Assembly: GCF_006345805.1 (NCBI RefSeq)
Contig: NC_042997.1
Location: 210,552,001-210,616,000, forward strand
Length of the DNA: 64,000 bases
Direction: 5' to 3'
Origin: Octopus sinensis
Taxonomy: Eukaryota
The notes beneath the pieces are model-generated. The model was not told where the DNA came from, did no database searches, and saw only the letters and a program-made list of their open reading frames with translations. Below are positions 12,398-26,058 of this stretch, one piece after another. The position numbers and the translations under genes were made by a program. Every line of letters begins with the position of its first letter. Within the stretch, counting starts at the first letter, position 1.

Positions 12398-12746
12398 TTG
12401 ATCCGAATCAATGGAACAGCTTGTTCATTAAATTAACGTGCATGTGGCTGAGCACTCCACAGACATGTGTACCCCTAACGTAGTTCTCGGGGAGATTCAG
12501 TGTGACACAGCGTGTGACAAGGCTGGCCCTTTGAAATACAGGTACAACAGAAACAGGAAGAAAGAGTGAGAGAAAGTTGTGGTGAAAGAATACAGCAGGG
12601 TTCGCCACCACCCCTGCCGGAGACTCATGGAACTTTAAGTGTTTTCACTCAATAAATACTCACAACAATGCCCAATCTAGGAATAAAAACCATGATACTA
12701 TGACCACGAGTCCGCTGCCCTAACCGTTGGGCCAATGCACCTCCAC
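12398..12746 (-). mobile_element. tRNA-headed SINE, third family
   Basis: Reverse complement of 11307-11670. Confidence 0.75.
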
Positions 12747-14129
12747 ATTTTTTTTATTATTTCATCTAGTTTCAGCTCACGAGCTGTGGCCATGCTGGGG
12801 CACCGCCATTTGGTGTTGCTACATAATTTTACTTCACGAATGCTTTTTAGCAATTGACATTTGGTGCATGAGAGAGTTTGATGCAGCTGCCCTGCATACA
12901 ACAGGCTTCCTTCAGCCAAATCCCTCCACAAGGTTTTGATTGGCTTGAGGCTATAAGCAGAAGACATTTGCACATGATGCCATACAGTAGAACTGAACCC
13001 AAAATCTCCTGTATCAATCAGATGATCATTGATAAGTAGTCAGCAAGTAGAAGCATATTTACGCTCTGAAACCAAACCCCCTTCCGAGGCCAACCTCCCT
13101 TCTCACTGTTCCAGAGACGGAGAAGGGACAAAAAAATCTCTTCGTTCTTTAATGGTGGTTAAAAGCTTAAACACCAAACAACCTGAATATTTCCATGAGG
13201 ACGAGTGACACCCACCACAAGAATTATTAACTTCAAAAGGACACTGATGGTCACCTGTGACATAGATTTTATGATTTGTGAGTATTCCCAATAACTGCTA
13301 GCTCTCATCTGCAGATGTGTGTCAATAAAAAAACTTAGAATTAGCAATATTCACAATAGAGAGGAGCCGACACTAAAGGAAGGTTCCGGTACCAGAACAT
13401 CACCAGCTGTCAGTGGAAATAACTGAAGCAGTAACAGCTGTTGGAAATTTATTTTACTTTGCAGTGGCAGTGGTAGTGATGATGTTGGTGGTGGTGATGG
13501 TAGTGGTGATGATGTTGGTGGTGGTGATGATGATGTTGGTGGTGGGTGGTATTAGTGGTGACTTCCTTATCACGATTTAAACTTGACTGACCTTGGCCTC
13601 ACTAAAACTTTATCAAATTGAGCGAATGAAATTATTCTATTGAATGAGATAAGATAGTCGATGCCTATTTCATGAGAATATCAAAGGGTGGAAGTAGGTG
13701 GCCAAATGGTTAGGGCACTTGCTTCACAATCAATGAAATCAGAGGATCAATTCCTGTACTGGACAACATGTTGTCTCCTTGAGCAAGGAATACTATTCCA
13801 TGTTGATTTGGTGCACTATGTTGTAATAAGTACCATCCCTGGGCCAGTTCAGTCTCTCTCTCTCTCTCTCTCTCTCTCCCTATCATATCATGGCTGTTCC
13901 GTTGGTTGAAAGGTAGGGAGGGCCAAGATAGTATCTAAAAGGTGGTTAGGAGTGCACAGAGGCACCTAAAAGATTTGGTGAAAGTGTGGTACCCTCAACC
14001 AAGTCATTCTCACTTATGTGTGACAGTTGGGTTTAGAGACATCAGATTAAAATACAACTCTATAGGATTAGATAAACGCTCTTATATTCAATCTCCTCAG
14101 AAAGCCAAAAAGGTGGGATTTTAATATAT

Positions 14130-14620
14130 GCAAAAGAAGAGGTGGAGAACAGAATCACAGCATTGCATGGCAACCCCAGAAGAGACATTCCATTAGGAGA
14201 TGGTCTCTCTCCATTGCCAATGCTCAAACTCCCCACTCCCTTTGACATGACAAATATCACTCTGACCAGACATTGTTCCTGCTCTTCAGTTTCCAAGAAT
14301 ACAAAACCAGTCATTGTTGAACTCACAGTACCCTGGGTGGGCAGACTTGAAATCGAAATATCAGGACTTAGTCAATGAAGACCTTGTCAAGAGCTGGTAT
14401 GCAGCCTCATTCGCCATTGAAGTCGGCTGCTGAAGTTTCTGTCTGGATCAGTACACGATTTCCGAGAGAAGATGGGTCTGGAACCCAAACAAAAGAAGAG
14501 AGCTATCAAGGAAATAAACATGGCAGCTGAAAGTAGCTCAAGATGGCTATGGCTGATAAGAGAAGACATGCTCAGTCCTCCTCACTGCCTCACTCAGGGC
14601 TGAGACTCTTGTGACCCTGA
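14130..14620 (+). pseudogene. RLE-type non-LTR retrotransposon C-terminus (Hero/NeSL-like)
   Basis: KPVIVELTVPW (14316-14336) and KRAIKEINMAAESSSRWLWL match the Hero-type restriction-like endonuclease end; frameshifted. Confidence 0.7.
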
Positions 14621-14805
14621 AATACTTGCTCACAATATGGAAGGGTTTCCAGTAATGCAATGGATTCAGAAGAACTTACAAAACCTCTGAGTAACTCCTG
14701 CAGGTTCTGCATGAGGCAAAGCATTTCTGATGCTTATTTCACTTATCAAACTGGGGTAGAATGGCTCAAAACCAGATTCATGGCAATTTATATGAAACTA
14801 GACAA

Positions 14806-15120
14806 ATGGCTCAGTGATTAGAGCATCGAGCTTACAATAGTGAGGTTGTGAGTTTGATTCCCGGACTGGGTTGCATGTTGTGCTCTTGAGCAAGGCACTT
14901 TATTTCACGTTGCTCCAGTTCACTCAGCTGTAGAAATGAGTTGTGATGTCACTGGTGCCATCTTTTATTGGCCACTTTGCCTTTCCCTTGGATAACACTG
15001 GTGGCGTGGAGAGGGGAGGCCGGTATGCATGGGCGACTGCTGGTCTTCCATAAACAACCTTGCCCGGACTTGTGCCTCGGAGGGTAACTTTCTAGGTGCA
15101 ATCCCATGGTCATTCGTGAC
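14806..15120 (+). mobile_element. tRNA-headed SINE, fourth family
   Basis: GGCTCAGTGATTAGAGCATCG...GAGTTTGATTCCC then CTTGAGCAAGGCACTTTATTTCACGTTGCTCCAG; second copy at 18786. Confidence 0.7.
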
Positions 15121-15450
15121 GGTTTGACCAGGGCTGTTAAACTGGAAGGCTGCACCAGACTCTAATCTGATTTGGCATGGTTTTCTACAGCTGGATGCCC
15201 TTCCTAATGTCAACCACTCCAAGGGTGTGATGGGTGCTCTTATGTGCCACTGGCACGGGTGCCATTTGTGTGACACCGATATCTGCCACGACTGCGATTT
15301 TACTTAGCTTGATGGGACTTCTTTGCAAGCAGAACGTAATGCCAAAGGTCCTGGTCATTGCCTCTTGTGAGGCCCAACACTCGAAAGGAGCTCGGCCACT
15401 TTGCCCCCCCCCCACGTGAGGCCCCTAGAGCCTTTTCTAGCTACAGCTAT
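15121..15450 (-). mobile_element. RTE 3' UTR fragment
   Basis: CTACAGCTGGATGCCCTTCCTAA core. Confidence 0.65.
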
Positions 15451-16125
15451 TGGCAGTCATTTTTTCCCCTCACCTTCTTCTATCTCTCCTATTATGTGTG
15501 TGTATGTGTGTGTGTATGTGTGTGTGTATGTGTCATGTATTTGGTGTACCTTTTATCGTTACCATCCCCCTACCACTGCTTGTCAATTCCTGTGTCCCTC
15601 TTAACCCCTTGTGTTAACTCCCATTTACTGCCTCCCCATCTTTTTGTGTGATGCAAAGTGTGGAAGGAGAAACCAGCCAACAGGTCATTATTAAATAGAG
15701 ATCAATGATTTTTTTTTTTTTTGCTAAAACTGCTACAAATTAAATTGTGGAGAAAGTAATACTGGTTTCAAATTTTGGCACAAGGCCAGCATTTTGCCCA
15801 ACATTTTCCTTGTTTCTGCCAAGAATTCCCAACGACCTCGAACCCACAAGTGTAAACAAGAGAGACAGAGACAGGCAGAAACAAGGAAAATGCCCCTTGT
15901 AAATGAACACTATGCAAATATTCCTTTAAAAAAACTTTTCTTTTAATTTTTCCAAAATTTAATTGTTTTCCATACTTACAGTTAAAAAAGTCTCAATGAC
16001 TGAAACCGGTACTCAAATGTTTTTTATGAAATTATTTTTAGCATTTTCTACCTTGACTTTTTTCCATATATAACTCGTGTGTTCCTTTTCAACCTTCTAC
16101 ATATATATATGTGTGTGTGTGTGTG

Positions 16126-16182
<57 letters not shown>

Positions 16183-16689
16183 CTCTTTTCCAGATAATGT
16201 TTTTTAGTGTTTTTACTCAGTGCTGCAATAGAATCTCTTGTTTGAGTGAAATGATGTTTATGCCATTGTCCAATACACCACACCATTCTTCAATTAACAA
16301 TGGCACCATTAATTAACAGACAAAGGTGAAAATGTGATTGACATACAGGTGTTTCTTGATAGCATTAGGAAAGCGGATCAAGGTGAACTAGCTTCAACCA
16401 GGAATTGAACCTGGGGGAAACTAACTCGACTTGGCAACACCTCTCTTTTACACTGTGCTGATTTCTGTGACCTTATTTTCCATGATTAACCAGAAATTTT
16501 TACTGCAACATCTGTTTCCAAACTCTGATTGACAGACTTTCAGGATAGCTATCACCTACCTCACAGACAAGGAAAATGGCAAGCAAGTGGATGGTTATTT
16601 CCTTCAGTGAATGAAGTCTTTTTTTCTTCAGTGCCACCTTGACTGGCTTCCATGTCAGTGGCACCTTGACTGGCTTCCGTGTCACCAAC

Positions 16690-16912
16690 TAATCATGGAT
16701 GTTGCCAGCCTCCCCTGGCACCTGTGCCATGTAAAAAGCACCCACTACACTCACGGAGTGGTTGGCATTAGGAAGGGCATCCAGCTGTAGAAACACTGCC
16801 AGATCAGACTGGAGCCTGGTGCAGCCTCCTGGCTTCCCAGGCCCCGGTCGAACCTTCCAACCCATACTAGCATGGAAAACGGACGTTAAACAATGATGAT
16901 GATGATGATGAA
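16690..16912 (+). mobile_element. RTE 3' UTR fragment with (GAT)n tail
   Basis: Same terminal module as 6607. Confidence 0.8.
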
Positions 16913-17369
16913 TTTCACACTCTTTTACACTTCTTCCTCTTCCAGTTCTCTGCACTTTTCCTAGTAAATATATTTTACTATCACACCTGTCTCACAAGGT
17001 AATACAAGTGTAAAATGAAACACAGCCAACACCTGGTACCTAACAATGTTATGAAGAAGGAAAAAACTGATACCCAACAACAACAACCAATAATCCAAAC
17101 TAGGTTATGTTTTCATCGTTGGGGAGTTAAGAATAATTAATAGATTAGGGATGGAAAACAAATAAATTTGGATGTGAGGACAATTAATAAAGATTCTGGT
17201 CAGTAAATACAGGTGTTCAAAAACATATGTTTATATTCTTTTCTACTCTAGGCACAAATCCCGAAATTTTTGGGGAAGTGGGGAGTGGAGGTGGGGGTAG
17301 TCAATTAGATCGACCCCAGTATGCAAATGGTACTTAATTTATCAACTATGAATGGACATTTTCTGTGAG

Positions 17370-17887
17370 TTGAGGACCTTCTGCGATTTGCTTTAAACCA
17401 TGACAACAGTGTTGAAATGGTGACCCTCTGAGCTGCATTTTCATCGTGGGGAAGAGACGGAAGTCCACTGGTGCTAAATCTGGTGAATAGGGTGGGTACA
17501 GAAGTGATACCATGTTGTTTTTGGAGAGATACTCACGAGTGAGGAGAGCTCAGTGACAGGGTACGTTGTCGTCGTGAAGAATCCAGTTCTTTGCGCTCCA
17601 CAGATCCGGTCACTTTCACCAAATGTTTTCTTTCAAACACTTCAAAACGTCACAGTAGAACTCTTGATTGATGGTCTGATTCTGGGAGACGGATTCTCAA
17701 TGTGCAGGAGTGGCTGTGGTAAGTAGCTCGGATACCAACCACATGGTTCCGTGTTCAGTCCCACTGGATGACACCTTGGGCAAGTGTCTTCTGCTATAAC
17801 CTCGGGCCAACCAAAGCCTTGTGAATGGATTTGGTAGACCGAAAGTGAAAGAAGCCTGTCATATATACATGTATGTATGTATGTATG

Positions 17888-17949
<62 letters not shown>

Positions 17950-18560
17950 TATATTTGTATGTTTGTCTGTATTTATCCCCTATCATCACTTCACAACTGA
18001 TGCTGGTGTGTTTACATCCCTGCAACTTAGCGGTTTAGCAAAAAAGACCGATAGAATAAGTACTGGGTTTACAAAGAATAAGTCCTGGGGTAGATTTGCT
18101 CGACTAAAAGTGGTGATCCAGCATGGCCACAGTCAAATGACTGAAACAAGTGGAAGATTGAGAAGATTAAAATACCACATTTCCAGGGGTGAGGCTCATG
18201 GCAGGCCTTCCTGATTTGCAAATGTTGAAAAAACCCAACGAGCATGTTCTTCGTTGAGTTACTGCTCTGCCTCGCCACTTTTGGAGCACTCCGTGCCACT
18301 CGAGAAACTGTGTATGGCCCATTGCCTTGTTCCTGTTAGCTTGCTCAATGTCTCTGTAACAAATTTCCCAAGTGTAATGCAAAATTTCACATTGGCGCTT
18401 TCTTCCAACCTCCTGTCGTCCATAAGTGTGATCCCAAAAATGCAAATTTCACAAGTTTGCAAAGTAAACACAGAGATGTCACTCAGCACATGACCTCATG
18501 AAGGTCACTGCTAGCGCTCACTGCGCAGGAAACCATGTGCTGCCATCTGTTGACGCACTA
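17370..18560 (-). mobile_element. Mariner (DD34D) transposon remnant split by a SINE
   Basis: N-terminal MDDRRLEESANVKFCITLGK..TETLS (18230-18430) and catalytic WILHDDNVPCH*...YPPYSPDLAPVD (17460-17600) with 34 positions between the aspartates; in-frame stop. Confidence 0.85.
17701..18152 (+). mobile_element. CORE-type SINE inserted in mariner
   Basis: Full head, CORE, microsatellite and 3' module. Confidence 0.8.
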
Positions 18561-18785
18561 TATAACTAGTCTGACACCTTTTTGAGACCACCTCTTAACA
18601 TGTTTTCTGATATTTTGACTAGAGTTTTTATTATTATTATTAATGGACAACATTCTGTTGAGTTGCAGATTTCAAAAATCAAATTTGTTTTCCTTGAGGA
18701 CGCAGTCTCAGAGCCTTTTGCGCTAAACACACATACATAACCACATATACTCACATTTGTATAACAGATATATAAGTGAAGTTGC

Positions 18786-19140
18786 ATGGCTTGGTGGTCT
18801 GAGCATCAGACTTACAACTGTGAGGTTATGAGTTCGATTCCTGGAGTGGGCTGCATGTTGTGTTCTTGAGCAAGACACTTTATTTCACGTTGCTCCAGTT
18901 CACTCATAAGTAGAAATGAGTTGCAACATCACTGGTGCCAAGCTGTATCTGTCCCTTGTCACTGGTGCTAAGATGTATCGGCCCCTTTGTCTTTCCCTTG
19001 GGTAACATCGATGGGGTGGTGAGGGGCAGCTGGTGTGCATGGGCCACTGCTGGCCTTCTTTAAACAACCTCGCTGGACTTGTGCCTTGGAGGGGAACTCT
19101 CTAGGTGCAATCCCATGGTCATTTGTGACTGAAGGGCATC
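18786..19140 (+). mobile_element. tRNA-headed SINE, fourth family
   Basis: Homologous to 14806-15120. Confidence 0.7.
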
Positions 19141-19602
19141 TTTTACATACACACATACATATGTGCATATATACACACAGAGGCACGGCTGAGGCTATAT
19201 AAACGCAGACATGGCAGTGTGCTTAGAAGGTTCCTTCCCAACCGTTTGTTCTGAGATTCAGTCCCATTGCCAGTGGATTTGGTAGAACGGAGTGAGTGAG
19301 TGAGTGAGTGTGGGTGCGTGATGTTGTGCTGACAGAGAGTGGGTGCCACCCAGGCAAAGCAAGAAGCAGGAAAAGGTCTTCGGATCATTTTTACTGAACT
19401 CTTGTCATCAGATTCTGTAGAATGGAGAAGAAATCAATTTGAAGATGAACAATCTTAACATTTATTGAAAGATTAATTAGGCCAATCATGTGAATATGAG
19501 AATAACCTTTAGTTGTCGTCAGCAGTCCTGTGAATAAAGATGTTTCAGATCTGGCTATCATGTCATTCTTTATTCAAATTATAATAATATACTATACAAT
19601 GT

Positions 19603-19980
19603 AAGGCGGCGAGCTGGCAGAATCGCTAGCACGCTGGACGAAATGCTTAGCAGTATTTCGTCTGCCGCTACGTTCTGAGTTCAAATTCTGCCAAGGTCGA
19701 CTTTGCCTTTCATCCTTTCGGGATCGATTAAATAAGTACCAGTTACACACTGGGGTCAATATAATTGACTTAATCCGTTTGTCTGTCCTTGTTTGTCCTC
19801 TCTGTGTTTAGCCCCTTGTGGGTAGTAAAGAAATAGGTATTTCATCTATCTTAACATTCTGAGTTCAAATTCCGCTGGGGTCAACAAATTAAGTACCAGT
19901 TGCGTACTGGGGTCGATCTAATCGACTGGTCCCCTCCCCAAAATGTTCGGCCCTTGTGCCTGGAGTAGAAAAGAATATAT
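19603..19980 (+). mobile_element. Composite (dimeric) Meta-like SINE
   Basis: Full monomer plus a second partial body ending GCCTGGAGTAGAAAAG; TATACAATGT duplicated at 19593-19602 and 19981-19990. Confidence 0.8.
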
Positions 19981-20566
19981 TATACAATGTCTTCTTTCAT
20001 TTTTCATGAGGTTAGAATGGAATTTGAGGGGTATTTGGCAGCTATTTCTACCAGGTCAAACAACCTTTATAATGATCCTAATTTCTGGCTTGTGGCTTCA
20101 ACCACATCCTGGCAATCATCATCAATTTAACGTCCACTTTTCTATGCTTGCATGGGTTAGATGGAATTTGTTGGAGCAGATTTTCAATGTCCAGATACCA
20201 GATCTACCAAATCCATCCTGCCACCAATCCTCATCTGTTTCCAAGCAACAAGATATTTCCTCATGGCCAGACAAGTTTTTCATGGCAGACTAGACACAAA
20301 CAACCTCACTTGTATGACGGTGAAGCTCATTTACAACCATCACACCATGTCAAGACAAAGCCACACACACACACCCATCAACATGACAAATTCTTTCAGT
20401 TTCCATCTACCAAATCCAGTCACAAGGCTTTGGCCTGGCCTGGGACTATTGTAGAAGACACTCGCCCAAGGAAGGTATCACTAAGTTGAAATTGAACCCA
20501 AGATCACATGGTTTGTCCACGCTGTCATAGTGCACCTCTAGGTCACTGGTTACAGGAACAAAGGAG

Positions 20567-20616
<50 letters not shown>

Positions 20617-20937
20617 GACTAGCTTTTTTGACTACTTTTGTGCTCTGGCCCTCCTCCCCTCCGGTCTAATCAATGCTGACCTTACACCAAACACCACCGG
20701 CAACAAAAGCAACATGGTGTGTATGGGGGGAGGGGGCTCCTCCAATTGCTAACCTTTGTTGGTTTGTTTATGTCCCCGTAACATTCACTGTTCGACGAAA
20801 AACACAGATCGAATAAGTAGCATTGGGGTCGAATTATTATTTAACTAAAGCTATCAAAACGATGCTCCAGCATGACCGTAATCCACTGACCGAAACAAAT
20901 AAAAGAAGAAAAAAAAAGAAACAATATAAACATATTG

Positions 20938-21174
20938 GGTACTACTTGAGAACAGTAGTCCCGATGCGCGCACTCGCGTACTCGCGCATCCGCGCTAGCT
21001 AGTCATGACTAGTCGATCCTTACTTTGTGTTTTTATGTTTTATTTTGCTTAACAAAACTTATTTACTTTGTGTTTTATTTACTTTGCTAGGTAGTCGTTG
21101 TAGGATCGACTAGTCACGACTAGCTAGCGACTACGCGAGTGCGCGCACCGGGACCACTGTTCTCAAGTAGTACC
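20938..21174. mobile_element. MITE with GGTACTAC... TIRs and 9-bp TSD (Merlin/MULE-like)
   Basis: About 35-70 bp TIRs (GGTACTACTTGAGAACAGT.GTCCCG.TGCGCGCACTCGCG); flanks AACATATTG / AGCATATTG. Confidence 0.8.
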
Positions 21175-21454
21175 AGCATATTGTACCCTGAGCAACAATT
21201 ATACAAACAAATAGAGCCCATAGAATTAGCATCAATCTGTGACATTTGGAGCGGGTTTTTTCTGTTGGTGGTCCCTCTTAAATGGGCCCCGGTTACGGCC
21301 ATTTAATAGTTAAGGCACGCCAAGGCCCAAAGGAATGTCTTCGGATATCGGAGACGACACGAGGAGGGTTAAATAACTTGGGGAAAGAAGGAATAGAAGT
21401 TTCCCTCAAGTTTCGTTTTTGTGACTTCGTAAAAGGAACAGGGATGAGAATTAG

Positions 21455-21628
21455 GGGAGACGAAGAGAGAGAGAGAGAAAGACAGAAGGGGAGGAGAGGA
21501 ATAATGTAAGAGAGAGAGAGGGAAAGTATATTTTGGGTGAGGGGGAGAGAGAAAGAAGCCGAGCGAAGGGGGATAGGGAAGAGAACGAAAAAGAAGGGAA
21601 AGTGAGGGACGGAGACAGAAGAGACCAC

Positions 21629-21667
<39 letters not shown>

Positions 21668-21825
21668 TGTGGTAGAGAGAAGCAGAGAGAGAGAGAGAGT
21701 AATATAGAGAGGAGTAGAGAGAGAAAGAGATAGATAGGGAGAGGCAAAGGAGAAGAGAGAGCGAGAGAAACAAAGAAAGAACCCTAAAACAAAACGAATG
21801 GGTGAGAGAGAGAAAGAGCAAAGTA

Positions 21826-21871
<46 letters not shown>

Positions 21872-21975
21872 CAAAGTATGTGTGTGTGAGAGAGAGAGAG
21901 AAAGAGCAAAGTATGTGTGAGAGAGAGAAAGCAAAGAGTGTGTGTGTGAGAGAGTCGAAGAAGAGAGTGAAAGAG
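21455..21975. repeat. GA-rich low-complexity tract with GAGAAAGAGCAAAGTATGTGTG minisatellite
   Basis: Directly visible. Confidence 0.9.
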
Positions 21976-22845
21976 AAGGGACGTGTTTATTATTGTAGTG
22001 ATGTCAAGATTCAGCCATGAACGACAAAAATTTTGATGACGTCTTCTTCAGCTGAATCAGTGAAGCTTTCACACGGAACTGACTGAGTCAGGGACATGAA
22101 GTGATGTGGCCCACTTCACTGATATGAAATAACATCCCCGTCTTCCCCACCCACCCCACCCCACCATGAGACAGAGAGGGAAAGACAAAAGCGGGAGTGG
22201 TCGCGGTTGGAATTCCTTTGATCGTAAACCAGCTCCACGACATCCAAACACGTGTTCACACAAACTCGTGCGAGAAAAAATACCCAAGTGCGGCAAAAAA
22301 AATCTTCCTAAACGACACTATTCTTGGCTGTGTGCAACGTGGGAGGTTCTCCTGCCGCACGTGAATGCTCTTCTCTAAATGTGGTGCGACCTTTGTGCAT
22401 ATATTAAAATATAAACACACCTTGGCAACCCAGTGCTGTGTGTATGTGACTGTGTCATTAAGTAGCTTGCTTCCCAAACACATGGTTCCGGGTTCAGTCC
22501 CACTGTGTGACTCACTGGGCAAGTGTCTTCTACTATAGCCTCGGGCGGACCAACGTCTTGTGAGTGGATTTGGTAGACAGAAACTGAAAGAACCTCTTTG
22601 TGTGTGTGTGTGTGTGTGTGTGAGCGTAGTAGTAGTAGTATACTCAAAGTGTACCGAGGAATTCCTAACGATCCAGCGACAATTGGGCAATTACTGTCCA
22701 TGGCGCCAGGTAGCCATAGGCAGCGAACGTGCTTTGCCGGCATACTTCTAGGGACACCCCAAAAACCGCAGTTTAAATTTTAAACTTAAACTTCAATTTT
22801 AACATATATATATGTGTGTTATATATATGAATATATATATATATA

Positions 22846-23184
22846 TACTCTTTTACTCTTTTGACTGCGGCCATGCTGGAGCACCGCCTTTAGTCGAGCA
22901 AATCGACCCCGGGACTTATTCTTTGTAAGCCCAGTACTTATTCTATCGGTCTCTTTTGCCAAACCACTAAGTAACGGGGACGTAAACACACCAGCATCGG
23001 TTGCCAAGCAATGCTAGGGGGACAAATACAGACACACAAACACACACATATATATATATATATATATACACACGACGGGCTTCTTTCAGTTTCCGTCTAC
23101 CAAATCCACTCACAAGGCTTTGGTCGGCCCGGGGCTATAGCAGAAGACACTTGCCCAAGGTGCCACGCAGTGGGACTGAACCCG
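22846..23184 (-). mobile_element. CORE-type SINE, 5'-truncated
   Basis: Reverse-complement family match. Confidence 0.8.
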
Positions 23185-23579
23185 TGTTTTTTCTTGTCCC
23201 TCTTTTGTATCATCTGTCTGGATGTCTTGCGTTCTTGTCCCATTTTTGTATTCCTTTATACATATACATATATATATATATATATACACACATATATACA
23301 CAAAAGCCACATATATATATTTACATACACACACACACACACACACACACACGTGTGTACTTGTATTTGTCCCTACCACCACCACATGACAACCAGTGTT
23401 GGTTTGTTGACGTCCCCATAACTTAGCAGGTGGCAAAAGGACAAGCTCGTTATGTGTAGAGGACAGAGATTTTACTTAGCAAGACACATCTTATCAAGTA
23501 CAGCACATCCCCACATCGCCCGGTCCCTTGCCATTTCCTCAGTGCTCTTGTAACCTCAGGTTGTAAGAACAGACAAGCA

Positions 23580-23611
23580 CACATACGCAAATGGAGACTG
23601 AAACACATGAC

Positions 23612-23644
<33 letters not shown>

Positions 23645-23935
23645 TTTACTCCACACAAGGACACACATGGAGACACACGTCCACACATTCATACATACAA
23701 ACATGGTACATAGTTGCAAAACACACACACACACACATACAGACATGCACACACAAGGAGACAGAGGTGCATACGTATACAAACACATACATAGAAAATA
23801 CACAAACAGAGACATGCAAGCACACGAATATGCAGAATACATACATACACATGCAAACACACACATACATACGTACATGCATGCGTGTATAGGCACACAC
23901 ACTGACCCACACCCATGCGCACAAACAAACAAAAA
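23580..23935. repeat. Compound (CA)/(CATA) microsatellite
   Basis: Directly visible; explains the HT/CV-rich ORFs. Confidence 0.9.
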
Positions 23936-24239
23936 AGGAACGCAGTGTAAATAACGGACAGAGTCAAGACTATTGAAAAGGTTGCAAGACGCAACGAAAA
24001 TTTTAGGAAAATAAAAATAAGAAAAAGTGGAAATTTTACCGGTGAGTGTGTTACATTATAAGGCACAAAAAGAAAATGACTCTCCCCACACACAACAGAA
24101 TATGCTTCAACACACAAACTCACATAAAGAATCTTGCAAACCAAATCCAAAAACGAAATACATAGATTAGTCCAACAAATCAACGCCAGAACTTATTCTA
24201 TCAGTCTCTTTTGGCGAACCGCTAAGTAATGGGGTCATA

Positions 24240-24775
24240 AAATACCATCCATATGTGGCCAATGCTAATACCCACTCACTGCCTCCCGGGTCGGTGGCAT
24301 GTAAAAAAGCACCATCCAAATATGGCTGATGCCAGTACCCACTCACTGGCCCCTGTGCCGGTGGCAACCACCTGACTGGCACCCATGCCGGTGAGATGTA
24401 AAAAGCACCATCCAAATGTGGATGGTGCCAGTACCCCCTGACTGGCTCCCGTGCCAGTGGCACATGAAAAGCACCATCCAAACATGATTGATGCCAAGGC
24501 TTCCTGACTGGCTCCTGTGCCAGTGGCACGTAAAAAGTACTATCTAAACATGGTTGATGCCAGTCAGCCTCCCTCCCCTGACTGGCTCCTATGCCGGTGG
24601 CACATTAAAAGCATCCACTACATTCTTGGAGTGGTTGGCATTAGGAAGGGCATCCAGCTGTAGAAACTCTGCCAGATCAAGATTGGAGCCTGGTGCAGCC
24701 ACTGGCTCTCTAGACCTCAGTCAACCCATCCAACCCATGCCAGCATGGAAAACAGGCGTTAAACGATGATGATGG
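24240..24775 (+). mobile_element. RTE 3' UTR fragment with about six array units
   Basis: Repeated GTGGCA..TAAAAAGCACCATCC units, terminal module and (GAT)n. Confidence 0.8.
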
Positions 24776-24934
24776 TGTCTAAGTGTATCTCGGTGGTGAA
24801 CTATAGAGATTCATGAATATGCCATTATAGTACAAAATGAATCAAGTAAACATATACAACCATTTCAACATTTTTATATCATACAAATAAATTATTCATA
24901 GATCTACTTTTTCTCCATTTTATTTCCTTGAATT

Positions 24935-25505
24935 TGCATCACCAGTCTGGGACCCCTATCTTGTTAAAAACATTGACCTCCTGGAAACTGTTCAGAGACG
25001 TGCTACATAGCAAATACCCTCCATCAGGCATCTACCATACCCTGGGCATAGATACATTGAAGCTCCGACGTCTGGCAAGTGACTTGGTAAACACCCACAA
25101 AATTATTAACCATTGCGCCAACAACCACCTTGAGCACCTTTTTTGAGCTCCATGTGTCCTAAGACATGTGGGCATGCCTACAAAGCCAGAAAACAGCACA
25201 GCTCCCATGACTTTCAGAAACATTTTTTTCACACTCAGGGTTGCTGAAGCATGGAACAAACTACCAGCATCAGTTGTTAGTTGCTGAGACATTGCATCCT
25301 TTAAAACCTCCATGCTTCCTGAAATTTGCCAACGCTACACCTGATATCTCCCCACCCTCCATGCACATGCACACATGTATATCAGGACTCATACACTGTT
25401 CACATTCCTGACTTTTGTACATCATTCTATGGACTGTACATGCACCTTTGATGAGTTGTGGTGCACCTGAGCACTATACACAATAATTTCATTATTATAT
25501 TATTA
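24935..25505 (+). mobile_element. CR1/L2-group LINE 3' end, resident family
   Basis: LEFASPVWDPYLVKNIDLLETVQRRAT...FFTLRVAEAWNKLPASVV; (ATT)n-like tail; homologous to 41605. Confidence 0.8.
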
Positions 25506-25829
25506 CAAGCAAAACGCTTCCCCCCTCCCCGTCCAATGGATGGTGCTGAGTTGACAAATATTTAAACCAAATTTTCTCAAAACAACTTGTCCGACCGTCC
25601 CATAGGCCTCCCCTTTGAGAAACATTGATTTAACCTAAATTTGAGACACCAGCAAAAGAAGAAATAAAGATAGACTTTTTTTCCATTCCAAAGAAAAACG
25701 ATTTTATTCACACAGATATGCAACCGAAGAGTTTAAAGTACCAGAAATGATAAGGCTGTTGATTGGGAGAACACAAACATGGTTTAAACAGTAAGCTTGG
25801 CCAGAAAGAAACGTGCTTTTAAGCAGTAC

Positions 25830-26058
25830 AGAAACAACAAAAAATGGAAGGTGCAGTTATGTACAGGATGACGGAAGAAAAGCACGTTCTAACGGTTTTA
25901 TCGATTGCATTCTCACCTGGAATCAATTTTTGTAATTTTTTCAAGACTTATACATGCCCTGATATCGTCGGTATCTACATATCAAATTTGAGTGCAATTG
26001 GATGGAGGATGCCGGAGATCCTAGAAGACAGACAGACAGAACAATTTTATATAAGAGA
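25830..26058 (-). mobile_element. Helitron-like non-autonomous 5' end
   Basis: Minus strand A|TCTCTTATATAAAA then (CTGT)n and CCAATTGCACTCAAATTTG; no 3' CTAG found. Confidence 0.4.

Noticed and set aside
21293-21934. 213-aa and 150-aa LSLS-rich ORFs
   Set aside because: They derive from the GA/TC low-complexity tract.
21994-22134. TGT...ACA segment as a solo LTR
   Set aside because: No TSD and no second copy in the window.
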